A stretch of 64,000 nt of DNA. Source: an uncultured Nitrososphaerota archaeon (GTDB lineage Archaea; Thermoproteota; Methanomethylicia; Nezhaarchaeales; B40-G2). Below the pieces are notes generated by a model that did no database searches, was not told the DNA's origin, and saw only the letters and a program-made list of their open reading frames with translations. A program made the translations under genes and the position numbers. Positions within the stretch are counted from its first letter, which is position 1. Each line of letters starts with the position of its first letter. This document shows positions 27,900 through 37,356 of this stretch, one piece after another. The DNA lies in NCBI GenBank assembly GCA_964626365.1, contig CAZVDL010000006.1, positions 144 to 64,143 on the forward strand, written 5' to 3'.

Positions 27900-28984
27900 A
27901 GCCCAGGCCAGTAGGGCGATAAGGCCTCCTTGAGCTCTGAGATCACCCTATCTACACTCTCCTCGACCCACCCATCCTCCTGAAACTCCACGTCTTCAAC
28001 CTGTACGTCCTCCACCCCCGCCAGTACGGCGGTCACGAGGCCGAAAGCCCTAGCCGTAGCGTCCACGTCGTAGCCACCCCCCAGCTCCAACATAATCCTC
28101 CCCCCGCACACGTTCTCGGCTACCTCCTTGACAAGGCGTGCCACCTCGAGGTAGGCCTTCATCGTTAAGTCGAGGGCGGTTAGGGGGTCGCTGTAGTAGG
28201 TGTCAGCGCCGAAGAGGAAGAACAGCATGTCCGGCTTGAAGGCCTCCATGAGCTTGGGGAAGATCTCGTGCAGCGCCTTCAAGTACCCCTTATTGGAGGT
28301 ACCGGGAGGTAGGGGTATGTTCACTGTGAACCCTCTGCCTTCTCCATCGCCTATCTCCTCGACCTTACCGGTGCCTGGGTAAAGGGTCTTAGGGTCTTGG
28401 TGGAGCGACATGTACAGTACGGTGGAGTCGCTGTAGAAGATCTCGTGGATCCCGTTGCCGTGGTGGGCGTCACAGTCTAGGACGAACACCCTGCGGGCTA
28501 GGCCTTTACGCTGGAGGTACCTTATCGCCACGGCCTCCTGGTTGAAGTAGCAGAAGCCGAAGGACTTGCCTACATGGCTCCTCGTTGCGTGATGGCCGCC
28601 GAACATAGCGCACTGTACGGCTACGTTGAGCTCGCCTTTCATGATCATCTCGCAGCCCTGCATTACCCCTCCAGCTTGGATCAGCGCGAGCTCGTAGGTC
28701 CCAGGGGGCACAGGGGTGTCTCCATCGAGCCAACCGCCCCTGATGCTTAGGAACTTGATGGCGTCCAGCAGCGAGCGGTCGTGGACGGCGAGTATGTCCT
28801 CGTCGGAGGCTACGAGGGTTGTCTCCACCACCTTGACGTTGGGGCGGTCAAGGATGCCGCGCTCCCTAAGCCACTTCATGAACCCCTCGTAGCGCTCCCT
28901 CCCCTTAAGGGGGTGCCACGGGCCGAAGCTATGCTTCAAGAGCTCCTCGCGGTGGAGTATCCCCAACACTCCTGCCAAACACAC
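27890..28984 (-). CDS. Zn-dependent deacetylase (HDAC/AcuC family)
   Basis: GGHHA, GFCYFN, DCDAHHGNG, SLHQ, GGGY. Confidence 0.93.
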   Translation of the reverse strand: MCLAGVLGILHREELLKHSFGPWHPLKGRERYEGFMKWLRERGILDRPNVKVVETTLVASDEDILAVHDRSLLDAIKFLSIRGGWLDGDTPVPPGTYELALIQAGGVMQGCEMIMKGELNVAVQCAMFGGHHATRSHVGKSFGFCYFNQEAVAIRYLQRKGLARRVFVLDCDAHHGNGIHEIFYSDSTVLYMSLHQDPKTLYPGTGKVEEIGDGEGRGFTVNIPLPPGTSNKGYLKALHEIFPKLMEAFKPDMLFFLFGADTYYSDPLTALDLTMKAYLEVARLVKEVAENVCGGRIMLELGGGYDVDATARAFGLVTAVLAGVEDVQVEDVEFQEDGWVEESVDRVISELKEALSPYWPGLWR

Positions 28985-29092
28985 CTACCAGTTCACGATC
29001 TGGCTGAGCTCAATTTTAAACTTAACAGGGCTGAAGGCAAAGCTTAATAACTTCAAGGTCCCCCCTCAACCTGGCTTTAGGGGGCCGGGCTA

Positions 29093-29875
29093 TTGCTTAA
29101 GGCGCTGCTGAAGCTGCTACGCATCTACCCTCTCTACGAGAAGTGGCTGTGGCACCAGGTTAAGGGTAAACCCATGCCTCAGCACGTCGCGGTGATACTG
29201 GACGGCAACCGTCGCTGGGCTCAGAACCGCCTCCTTAAGCCCTGGCTAGGCCATCTTTACGGGGCCGATAAGGCCGAGGAGCTCCTCGACTGGTGCCTAA
29301 AGCTCGGCATTAAGACCCTGACCTTGTACGCCTTTTCCACCGAGAACTTCGAGCGACCTAGGGAGGAGGTGGAGGCCATATTCAAGATCATAGAGGAGAA
29401 GCTGCTCAAGCTGGCCGACGACCCTAGGATCTACCAGCACAAAGTTAGGGTTAAGCTGCTTGGGAGGCGCGAGCTGCTACCCCCTAGGCTTAGGGAGCTC
29501 TTCGAGGAGGTTGAACGTAAGACCGAGCACTTTGACCAGCACTACCTTAACATAGCGGTGGCCTACGGCGGTAGGGCTGAGATAGCGGACGCCGTTAAGC
29601 GCATAGCTGAGAAGGTGGCTCGAGGGGAGTTGAAGCCGGAGGAGGTGGACGAGGAGGTCATAGAGCGCCACCTATACACCGCCCACCTCCCCAACCCGCA
29701 CCCAGACCTCATCGTAAGGACCTCGGGCGAGGAGAGGCTTAGCGGCTTCCTGCTGTGGCAGTCGGCCTACAGTGAGCTATGTTTCCTCGACGTGTATTGG
29801 CCCGAGTTCCGTAAAATAGACCTGTTGAGGGCTATAAGGGTGTACCAGTCTAGGCAGAGGCGTTTTGGGCGCTAA
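29093..29875 (+). CDS. uppS: cis-prenyltransferase (polyprenyl diphosphate synthase)
   Basis: ILDGNRRWA, AFSTENFER, RTSGEERLSGFLLWQ. Confidence 0.97.
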   Translation: MLKALLKLLRIYPLYEKWLWHQVKGKPMPQHVAVILDGNRRWAQNRLLKPWLGHLYGADKAEELLDWCLKLGIKTLTLYAFSTENFERPREEVEAIFKIIEEKLLKLADDPRIYQHKVRVKLLGRRELLPPRLRELFEEVERKTEHFDQHYLNIAVAYGGRAEIADAVKRIAEKVARGELKPEEVDEEVIERHLYTAHLPNPHPDLIVRTSGEERLSGFLLWQSAYSELCFLDVYWPEFRKIDLLRAIRVYQSRQRRFGR

Positions 29876-29883
29876 GTGGAGCT

Positions 29884-31044
29884 ATGTACGAGCCTAAGCT
29901 GAACGAGGACGTACTGTCACTGCTGGCTAAGGTCTACGGCGATAGGCTCAGCAGGCTGCTAAGAAGCCTAAGCGAGCCTTGCAAGCGATACGCGTTGAGG
30001 GTAAACACCCTTAAGTGCTCAGCGGGCGAGGTCGTCGATAAGCTTAGGTCGAGGGGGTTAGAGGCGGGGGTACACGAGCGCCTGGAGGAGGCAATATACC
30101 TAGTTGTCAAGGGCCCCAACCAGCTGCCGGCAGCGGAGAAGGTGGTGGTCGCCGACAAGTATGCCGCCGAGAGCGTGATGCAGGGGGCGCACCTCTACGC
30201 GCCTGGCGTGGAGAGGGCTGAAGGCGTGGAGAGGGGCGACGAGGTGTTGGTGGTGGATAAGCTCGGCAGGCCTGTTGCTTACGGGGTAGCTGAGATGGGG
30301 GTGCGGGAGCTAGCCTCCCAGCGCCGAGGAGTAGCAGTCAGAACCATAGTGCCCCTCTATAGCGTGCCCTCCATCAGGGACCTCGAGGAGTACCGAGAGG
30401 GGCTGGTCTTCGAGCAGAGCCTCCCGGCCATGGTGACGGCCAGGGTCCTCGACCCTCAGCCGGGAGAGACCATAGTGGACCTCTGCGCGGCTCCAGGCGG
30501 CAAGACGGGACACATAGTCCAACTGATGGGTAATAGGGGGAGGGTCGTGGCCGTCGACAGGTCTAAGCGTAGGCTCGAGGCCCTCGAGGAGAACATGGCT
30601 AGGCTGGGAGCAAGGATCGTGGAGGCTGTCCAGGCGGACGCCAGGTATCTCCACGTAGACTACCCCACGCTTAAAGCTGACAGGGTCCTCGTCGACCCTC
30701 CGTGCTCAGCGCTGGGGGTCCGGCCTAAGCTATACGATGAGAAGACGTTCAGGGAGGTTAAGGCGGCGGCTGAGTACCAGAAGCAGTTCCTTAAGGCCGC
30801 CCGCGAGATAGTTAAGCCCGGCGGCGTGATAGTTTACTCCACGTGCACGTTAACCCCTCAAGAGAACGAGCTCGTGGTCTCCTTCGCTCTAAACCAGCTG
30901 GGCCTCGAACTGGAGGACCAGCCGGTTAAGCTAGGCTCCACCGGCCTACCCATGGTCGAGGGCTTCGAGCTCCTTCAACGCTTCCACCCAGACCTCCACG
31001 ACACCCCCGGCTTCTTCATAGCTAGGTTTAGGCGGAGGGAGTAG
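29884..31044 (+). CDS. RsmB/NOP2-family RNA m5C methyltransferase with PUA domain (NSun6-like)
   Basis: GAHLYAPGV (PUA), DLCAAPGGKT, DPPCS, YSTCT. Confidence 0.93.
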   Translation: MYEPKLNEDVLSLLAKVYGDRLSRLLRSLSEPCKRYALRVNTLKCSAGEVVDKLRSRGLEAGVHERLEEAIYLVVKGPNQLPAAEKVVVADKYAAESVMQGAHLYAPGVERAEGVERGDEVLVVDKLGRPVAYGVAEMGVRELASQRRGVAVRTIVPLYSVPSIRDLEEYREGLVFEQSLPAMVTARVLDPQPGETIVDLCAAPGGKTGHIVQLMGNRGRVVAVDRSKRRLEALEENMARLGARIVEAVQADARYLHVDYPTLKADRVLVDPPCSALGVRPKLYDEKTFREVKAAAEYQKQFLKAAREIVKPGGVIVYSTCTLTPQENELVVSFALNQLGLELEDQPVKLGSTGLPMVEGFELLQRFHPDLHDTPGFFIARFRRRE

Positions 31045-31046
31045 AG

Positions 31047-31700
31047 GTGAAGGTTAAGGTGGTGTCCTTTGATCTAAGCGGCACCCTCATCGACGAGGAC
31101 TTCGTGGACCACTTCTGGTTAGAGGTTATCCCAAGGGCCTACGCCGAGAAGAGAAAGCTGCCGCTCCACGTAGCTAAGGAGGAGGTGCTAAGGATGTACG
31201 AGGAGGTGGGGGCTGAGGACCTTAGATGGTACCTGCCGAGGTACTGGGTGGTGAAACTGGGCCTAGGAAGGCTCGAGCCGCTGCTCGAAGAGGCCTCTAA
31301 GAGGATTAAGGTCTACGACGACGTGCACGAGGCCTTCAAGACTTTAGCGAGGCTTAAACTTAAGGTAGCCATCTTGACCAACTTGACGTATGAGCTCGCT
31401 GAGATCTGCCTCCGCGTCATCAACCTCAGCCTGCCCGTAACCCTCCTGTCCTGCGTCACTAACTTCGCCTTGACCAGGAAGACCAGGAGGTTCTACGAGC
31501 TATCGTGTAAGGCGCTCGGCGTCAAGCCCACCGAGGTCGTCCATGTGGGCAACGACCAGGTCTACGACTTACAGGAGCCAGCCTCCATAGGCATTAAGGC
31601 GTTGCTCATAGATAGGCGTGGCGGGCGGGACGAGGGCTCAATTAACAACCTGCTTGAGTTGATGGACATCGTTGAGAGGGGTCTAGGTTGGCGGGGCTAG
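31047..31700 (+). CDS. HAD-superfamily hydrolase-like protein
   Basis: SFDLSGTL, ILTN, HVGNDQVYD (motifs partly divergent). Confidence 0.85.
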   Translation: MKVKVVSFDLSGTLIDEDFVDHFWLEVIPRAYAEKRKLPLHVAKEEVLRMYEEVGAEDLRWYLPRYWVVKLGLGRLEPLLEEASKRIKVYDDVHEAFKTLARLKLKVAILTNLTYELAEICLRVINLSLPVTLLSCVTNFALTRKTRRFYELSCKALGVKPTEVVHVGNDQVYDLQEPASIGIKALLIDRRGGRDEGSINNLLELMDIVERGLGWRG

Positions 31701-32125
31701 TGTTGATGAGTATTAAGCCGAAGTACGGTGAAGAGGTACTTTCGGGGGTCAAGAAGCTCGAGCTGCGTAGGAGAGTGGCCCCGCTACACCAAGGAGATAG
31801 GGTAGTGCTGTACTTCAGTAGCCCTGTGAAGGCTATATGTGGGGAGTTTACGGCTGGGAGGATCTATGTAGGAGGGCTCGAGGAACTTAGGAGGGTTGTA
31901 GCGGAGTACCCCAGCCCAGGTGTCTTCGAGGAAGACTGGGAGTACGTCATCGGAGGCTCTAGGCCAGCTATGGCGGTTGAGGTGCTTAGGCCTAAGAGGT
32001 ACCCCAAGCCGATAAGCCTAAGCGAGCTTAGAAGGCTCATAGCGGGCTTCAGGCCGCCCATGAGCTACAGGAGGGTGAAGGTTGACGAGCCGCTCTACCA
32101 AGTCCTCTCGTCGCTAGATATGTGA
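31688..32125 (+). CDS. ASCH-domain protein
   Basis: LMSIKPKY...SGVKKLELRR, LYFSSP, PPMSY. Confidence 0.88.
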   Translation: MAGLVLMSIKPKYGEEVLSGVKKLELRRRVAPLHQGDRVVLYFSSPVKAICGEFTAGRIYVGGLEELRRVVAEYPSPGVFEEDWEYVIGGSRPAMAVEVLRPKRYPKPISLSELRRLIAGFRPPMSYRRVKVDEPLYQVLSSLDM

Positions 32126-32515
32126 GACCTCCACTCCTATCCTCTGTAAGTACCTGGCTATGAACCTCCTATGACACCCTCTAGGGTTCTCCTCTAAGCA
32201 TAGGAGGCATACGCGCTTACTTCGCGCTAGCCTCAACAACTCCTCTATGGCCTTCTTGAAGGTCTGTGTCTCCATGTAACGCTCAAAGCCTCCTCTACGG
32301 TACCCTCCCAAGGTGTCTCCCATCCACACATAGCCTATCCCTGCCTCCTTGAGCCAGCGCTCCATGTTCTCCCTGGTGAAGTCCCCCTGCTTGGACTTAG
32401 GCCACCTCCTAATGTCGACGACGAGCTCTATGCCGCTGGCCTTCAACATGTTGAGCACCTTCTCCTTGCTCCTCGACCCGTAGCCTATGGTCCAGACCTT
32501 TAAGCCCTCGTACAT
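32114..32515 (-). CDS. DUF488 family protein
   Basis: WTIGYG, VVDIRRWP, LLCLEENPRGCHRRFI. Confidence 0.9.
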   Translation of the reverse strand: MYEGLKVWTIGYGSRSKEKVLNMLKASGIELVVDIRRWPKSKQGDFTRENMERWLKEAGIGYVWMGDTLGGYRRGGFERYMETQTFKKAIEELLRLARSKRVCLLCLEENPRGCHRRFIARYLQRIGVEVSHI

Positions 32516-32616
32516 CCCTTAACCCTCCAGCGTAATTGGCTAGAAGCACTACTTTAACCCTGTCCGCTTAATGGCTGGCCGCGTAGCGCTTAAGCAACCG
32601 CCTCCTTAACGTATCG

Positions 32617-33249
32617 GTGCTCAGCGTGGAGCTATGGGAGGCGATAAAGGAGAGGAGGAGCGTCCGTAAGCTTGGAGGAAGGTTGACGATCGAGGACCTC
32701 ACTGGACCCCTGGAGGCGGCTACGTGGGCTCCGAGCGCCCACAACGCTCAGCCCTGGAGGTTCATAGTGGTCCTCGACCCTGAGGTTAAGAGGAGGCTAG
32801 CCGAGGCTATGGCTAAGGCCTGGGTCGCTGACCTAGTGGCTGACGGTGTGGAGAGGGAGGCAGCTGAGGAAGCAGCGTCTAGGTCTATTAGGCTGATCTC
32901 CTCAAGCCCAGCGTTAATAGTGGCCTGCCTCACCATGGAGGACATGCAGAAGCACCCCGACGATCGAAGGATGAGGGCCGAGTACTTAATGGCCGTCCAG
33001 AGCGTGGCGGCCTCCATACAGAACCTGCTCCTAGCGCTCCATGGGTCAGGCCTAGCTTCATGCTGGATGTGCGCTCCCCTCTTCTGTCAGGACGTGGTTA
33101 GGGAGGTGTTAGGTATCCCAGCCGACGTGGAGCCCCAAGCCCTAATTATCGTCGGCCGCCCTCTCGAGCACCCAGTTCCTCCCCCTAGAAGGCCTTTAGG
33201 GGAGGTGGTCTTCCTCGATAGGTGGGGTAGGCGGCTAAGCGGTGGTTAA
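32617..33249 (+). CDS. FMN nitroreductase of the FbiB C-terminal/FbiE type (putative dehydro-F420-0 reductase)
   Basis: RRSVR, APSAHNAQPWRF, LAEAMAKAWVADLVADG, PDDRRMRAEYLMAVQSV, SCWMCAPLFCQDVVR; 2 nt upstream of cofD. Confidence 0.85.
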   Translation: MLSVELWEAIKERRSVRKLGGRLTIEDLTGPLEAATWAPSAHNAQPWRFIVVLDPEVKRRLAEAMAKAWVADLVADGVEREAAEEAASRSIRLISSSPALIVACLTMEDMQKHPDDRRMRAEYLMAVQSVAASIQNLLLALHGSGLASCWMCAPLFCQDVVREVLGIPADVEPQALIIVGRPLEHPVPPPRRPLGEVVFLDRWGRRLSGG

Positions 33250-33251
33250 GC

Positions 33252-34172
33252 TTGATAACCGCGCTAGCTGGGGGAGTAGGAGCCTCTAAGCTCTTGAGGG
33301 GAATGGTTGAGGTAGTGAGGCCTGAGGACCTCACCGTCATTGTGAACACGGGCGACGACTTGGAGCTCTTCGGCCTCTACATCTCGCCTGACGTCGACAT
33401 AGTCACTTACACCCTGGCTGGCCTCGTAGACGAGGAACGCGGCTGGGGGTTTAAGGGCGACACATTCAACTGCCTGGAGATGTTATCCCGCTATGGACAC
33501 GACACGTGGTTTAAGCTGGGGGATAAGGACCTGGCCACTCACCTCCACCGCACCCTATTAATGAAGAGAGGGTACACGCTGTCGGAGGCTACAGCTGAGA
33601 TCTGTAGGTCCCTTGGGGTTAGGTCTAGGGTCATACCTATGAGCAATGATAGAGTAGTCTCCATGGTCCACACTGACACGGGCACCATGACTTTCGAGGA
33701 GTACCTCGTTAAGCACGGGATGAAGCCCGAGGTTAGAGGGGTCTACTACGAGGGCGCTGATAAAGCTAAGCCGGCTCCAGGGGTCATTGAGGCCTTGGAC
33801 GAGGCCAAACTGATAGTGATCTGCCCCAGCAACCCAGTGGTGAGCATAGGCCCCATACTAGCGGTCGAAGGCGTACGCAGAGCTTTAAGGGAGGCTAAGG
33901 GGAGGGTGGTCGCCGTGTCACCGATAATTGCGGGTAGGCCCGTTAAGGGTCCAGCTGACAGGCTCTTAAAGGCCATCGGGGTGGAGGTCTCAGCCTACGG
34001 CGTGGCTGAGCTATATAGGGATTTCCTGGACGTGATGATCATAGACGAGGTGGACGCCGCTCTAAAGCCCAGGATTGAAGACCTAGGCATCGAGGTGGTC
34101 GCGGCGCCTACGTTGATGAAGAGTCTAGAGGATAAGGTTAGGCTCGCTAAGATAGTCCTAAGCTTAGGATGA
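33252..34172 (+). CDS. cofD: 2-phospho-L-lactate transferase
   Basis: LAGGVGASK, VNTGDD, SPDVD, WFKLGDKDLATH, PSNPVVSIGPIL. Confidence 0.96.
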   Translation: MITALAGGVGASKLLRGMVEVVRPEDLTVIVNTGDDLELFGLYISPDVDIVTYTLAGLVDEERGWGFKGDTFNCLEMLSRYGHDTWFKLGDKDLATHLHRTLLMKRGYTLSEATAEICRSLGVRSRVIPMSNDRVVSMVHTDTGTMTFEEYLVKHGMKPEVRGVYYEGADKAKPAPGVIEALDEAKLIVICPSNPVVSIGPILAVEGVRRALREAKGRVVAVSPIIAGRPVKGPADRLLKAIGVEVSAYGVAELYRDFLDVMIIDEVDAALKPRIEDLGIEVVAAPTLMKSLEDKVRLAKIVLSLG

Positions 34173-34478
34173 CAGCTCTTGGAGGAGGGCTGAGAGGTAC
34201 TCCTTAAACCTCTTAAGTATAGCCCTGCCCCGCTCAGTTATCGAGTACTCCTTGATCTTCCTACGCCCCTTACTAAGCCACTTCCCCTTAACGTAGCCTC
34301 TCAGCTCAAGCTCCTTGAGGGCGGGGTAAAGCAGGCTGGGCCCTATGCTCCTACCAGTCAGGCGCTTAATCTCCGACATTAAGCTATAGCCGTGGCGCTC
34401 CCCTCTCTCTAAGAGCCCCAGTATAATGGGCTTGACGAGGCTTCTAGAGAGGGGCTTAAGGAGCTCCTCCTCGAACAA
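34164..34478 (-). CDS. PadR-family transcriptional regulator
   Basis: HGYSL...LYPALKELELRGYV...YSITERG. Confidence 0.9.
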   Translation of the reverse strand: MFEEELLKPLSRSLVKPIILGLLERGERHGYSLMSEIKRLTGRSIGPSLLYPALKELELRGYVKGKWLSKGRRKIKEYSITERGRAILKRFKEYLSALLQELSS

Positions 34479-36036
34479 TTAAACCCCCTACGTGTGCAGC
34501 TTGAGTAATAACTAGCCCCCGCTTAAAGGCTTTAGCCATTTTCCTCGACACGTAAACCTTGATGGCCCTCGCTAGCCTCCTGATAAAGGCTCCTGCGAGC
34601 GGGCCTAGGTACCTGGAGTAGTCGTCTGCTAGCTCCACCAGCCACTTAAGGTTATGCTCTAACACCACCTTATACAGCTCCCAGTGGTGGGGGCCAGCGT
34701 CCTCCAGCATCCTCATCGCTTTATGATCCTTTGACCCTGGAGGAGGCACGTAGAGTAGAGGGACTATGAAGCTCTTATAGGGCTTTAAGCGCTCCACGAG
34801 CTCGACGGTATCCATCACGTCGTCGGCGGTCTCTCCGGGTAGGTTAATTATTAAGGTGGCGCAGGGTATCCAGTTGTTGTCAACGCTTATAGCGAAGGCC
34901 TGTTCAACCACCTCAGGCCAGTCCTTGGGCTTAAACGGGTGGGGCTTCATGTACATGAGCCTTTCCATAAGCCTGGGGCTGCCGGTCTCGATGCCCGTCT
35001 GGTAGCCCATCCACCTGGTCTTCGTCAGCCCCAAGAGCTCACTTAACTCCTCGACTAGCTTAGGGTGGCTCGCTATCGAGGAGAGGGCCGCGTGACTAAT
35101 GCCTACGTTCTCAACTCCAGGTACGCCCAGCACCTTCTTGAAGAGCTCCACCACCTTGTCCGCCTTGACCTCTAGGGCCGTGCCGCCATACCTGAGGACG
35201 TCCTCGGCGTGAAGGCATATCGTGCGTTTGCCGAACCTGACGTTCACCTCAACGTCGGCTACGATATCGTCTAGAGGCCTGTGGCGGAGCCTCCTCAGCG
35301 TGGGTAAGCAGAATTTACATCCACGCCCACATCCCCTAGACGCCTCCACGAGCCCTCCTACTGTAGCCCCTAAAAGCCTAGGTATCTGGTCCGGCGTCGG
35401 AGTCTCGCTGGGCGACACCTTCACTATGCACGGCGTCTTAAGGGAGCCATCCATTAGGCCCTGGAACACCCTAGGCGCTACGAGCTCTGCCTCCCCGTCA
35501 ACCACTACGTCTATGCCCAGGGCGGCCAGGTCCTTTAAGCCCAGCTGCCAGGCCCCAGGTCCCCCGACGACCACTTTAACTCCTCTCCTCCTCGCCTCCC
35601 GGATGGACTTGGAGGTTAAGAGCTCCCTAAACTTCCAGGCAGACATGGGCTCCTCGTGGATCACCCCGTAGGGCCCTGCCAGCGTGGAGGATGAAGGCCC
35701 AAGCCCAAGCGGATCATTGGTGGAGACCCCTATTACCTTGGTCTCTGGGCCTATAACCTTGGGCAGCGAGTCGGGGGTAGCTACGGCGACCTCCTCCCTC
35801 TTAACTACGCCAGCCTCTACGAGCGCAGCCTCCACCCTCCTTAGGCCGTGGGGGGCTAGTAGGGCTCTCCCCTCTTTATCGGTCGGCACGGGCTTGGCTA
35901 TGAAGTTGAAAAGTATCAAAGGATGTAGCAGCGGGAACCCTTTCTTAGGGGCGGTGGTTAAGAAGCCTAGGAAGAGCCCGCCGAAGTAGTCACTCATCAA
36001 GGTCCTATCGGCGGTTAAGACCACCTTGAAGCCCAT
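34456..36036 (-). CDS. B12-binding-domain radical SAM protein (archaeal family)
   Basis: VVLTADRTLMS, DPLGLGP, VVGGPGAWQ, SRGCGRGCKFC, TGIETGS. Confidence 0.9.
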   Translation of the reverse strand: MGFKVVLTADRTLMSDYFGGLFLGFLTTAPKKGFPLLHPLILFNFIAKPVPTDKEGRALLAPHGLRRVEAALVEAGVVKREEVAVATPDSLPKVIGPETKVIGVSTNDPLGLGPSSSTLAGPYGVIHEEPMSAWKFRELLTSKSIREARRRGVKVVVGGPGAWQLGLKDLAALGIDVVVDGEAELVAPRVFQGLMDGSLKTPCIVKVSPSETPTPDQIPRLLGATVGGLVEASRGCGRGCKFCLPTLRRLRHRPLDDIVADVEVNVRFGKRTICLHAEDVLRYGGTALEVKADKVVELFKKVLGVPGVENVGISHAALSSIASHPKLVEELSELLGLTKTRWMGYQTGIETGSPRLMERLMYMKPHPFKPKDWPEVVEQAFAISVDNNWIPCATLIINLPGETADDVMDTVELVERLKPYKSFIVPLLYVPPPGSKDHKAMRMLEDAGPHHWELYKVVLEHNLKWLVELADDYSRYLGPLAGAFIRRLARAIKVYVSRKMAKAFKRGLVITQAAHVGGLIVRGGAP

Positions 36037-36046
36037 GGCGCTTCAC

Positions 36047-36068
36047 ATATATCCAGAACTGGATATAT
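36047..36068. promoter_or_regulatory. Perfect inverted repeat overlapping the minus-strand TATA box; putative PadR operator
   Basis: ATATATCCAG-AA-CTGGATATAT, 10 nt upstream of the radical SAM-padR operon start. Confidence 0.75.
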
Positions 36069-36122
36069 CTTTTTCTGGAATAAGCGATAACTTATAAGGC
36101 CGCGTGTAGCTTAACCGCGACG

Positions 36123-36776
36123 TTGAAGACCTACGCCGCCGTGCCCGTTAAGGAGCTACCCCTCTCCAAGTCTAGGCTATCTTCGGTCCTAGGCTCAGGG
36201 CTACGTGAAGCTTTCGTGCTCTCGATGCTAAAGGACGTGCTCCGCTCGCTCACTCAAGTCGTAGATGTGCTGGTGGTGTCCTCTGATAGGAGGGTGCTCG
36301 AGGAGGCCTCCAAGATGGGGGCCTACGCGGTGGATGAAGGAAGCCCTCAAGGTCTTAACGAGGCCCTGAAGCTAGCGTTAAAGGTGGCCGTGATGAAGGG
36401 CGCTGAAGCTTTCATGGTGGTGCCCTGCGACGTGCCCCTAATTACGCCCGAGGACGTGGAGGCCATGTTAAGGCTTCTACAGCCACCGCCATCGATGGTC
36501 GTAGCCCCCTCGAGGGACCGTGAAGGCACCAACGCCCTGCTGACGTCTCCTCCTGGAGCTGTCCCCTTCTCCTTTGGCCCCGGTAGCCTTAAGCGGCACG
36601 TTGAGCTGGCTAGGAAGGCAGGGTTGAGAGTGGAGGTCTACGAAGCCCCTAACCTAGCCCTTGACGTGGACGGACCAGAGGACCTTAAGCTGCTGGCCCA
36701 GCTTAGAGGAGCCCAGAACACTAGGGCTTTCTTCGAGGAGGTCTTAGCGTCCTATGGAGAAGGGCACGCTTTTTAA
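36123..36776 (+). CDS. cofC: 2-phospho-L-lactate/PEP guanylyltransferase
   Basis: VPVK...SKSRL, GLNEAL, DVPLI, GTNAL, FGPGSLKRH, LDVDGPEDL. Confidence 0.93.
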   Translation: MKTYAAVPVKELPLSKSRLSSVLGSGLREAFVLSMLKDVLRSLTQVVDVLVVSSDRRVLEEASKMGAYAVDEGSPQGLNEALKLALKVAVMKGAEAFMVVPCDVPLITPEDVEAMLRLLQPPPSMVVAPSRDREGTNALLTSPPGAVPFSFGPGSLKRHVELARKAGLRVEVYEAPNLALDVDGPEDLKLLAQLRGAQNTRAFFEEVLASYGEGHAF

Positions 36777-36811
36777 TCTCCTAGCTCAGGCCAAACGGGG
36801 AGGAGGACTCC

Positions 36812-37285
36812 TTGGAGCAACGTATGAGTTGGGACGAATACTTCATGGAGATGGCCAAGCTAGCAAGCAAGCGCTCTACGTGCCTAAGGAGAAAGACGGG
36901 CGCCGTTCTGGTTAAGGACAATAGGGTCATAGCCACGGGCTACAACGGCGCTCCTAAAGGGCTGCCGCATTGCAGCGAGGTTGGCTGCGTGAGGGAGGAG
37001 CTTAAGGTGCCCTCAGGTCAGCGCCACGAGCTCTGCCGAGGCCTACACGCCGAGCAGAACGCCATAATACAGGCGGCGGTCTTCGGGGTTAGCACGAAGG
37101 GTGCCACGCTCTACTGCACTACGTTTCCCTGCTCCATATGCGCCAAGATGATAATAAACGCGGAGATCAAGGAGGTAGTCTACGACGACGAGTACGAGGA
37201 CGAGCTTTCAAGGAAGATGCTCCTCGAGGCGGGGGTGAAGGTGAGGAAGTATAAGCCCCGCGGGGAAGCTTTAAAGACGGGTTGA
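36812..37285 (+). CDS. dCMP deaminase (ComEB family)
   Basis: SWDEYFM, ATGYNG, HAEQNA, PCSIC. Confidence 0.95.
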   Translation: MEQRMSWDEYFMEMAKLASKRSTCLRRKTGAVLVKDNRVIATGYNGAPKGLPHCSEVGCVREELKVPSGQRHELCRGLHAEQNAIIQAAVFGVSTKGATLYCTTFPCSICAKMIINAEIKEVVYDDEYEDELSRKMLLEAGVKVRKYKPRGEALKTG

Positions 37286-37297
37286 GGTAGCTCTTAG

Positions 37298-37356
37298 CGG
37301 CTATGAGGAGTCCAAGCCGGCCCTGATGGATGATGAGCGTCTCGACGGCTGAGCCG
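37298..37356 (+). ncRNA. Box C/D 2'-O-methylation guide sRNA
   Basis: CGGC stem, C ATGAGGA 37303-09, 13-nt guide, D' CTGA 37323-26, C' ATGATGA 37330-36, 12-nt guide, D CTGA 37349-52, GCCG stem; TTTAAA at 37270-75. Confidence 0.9.
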
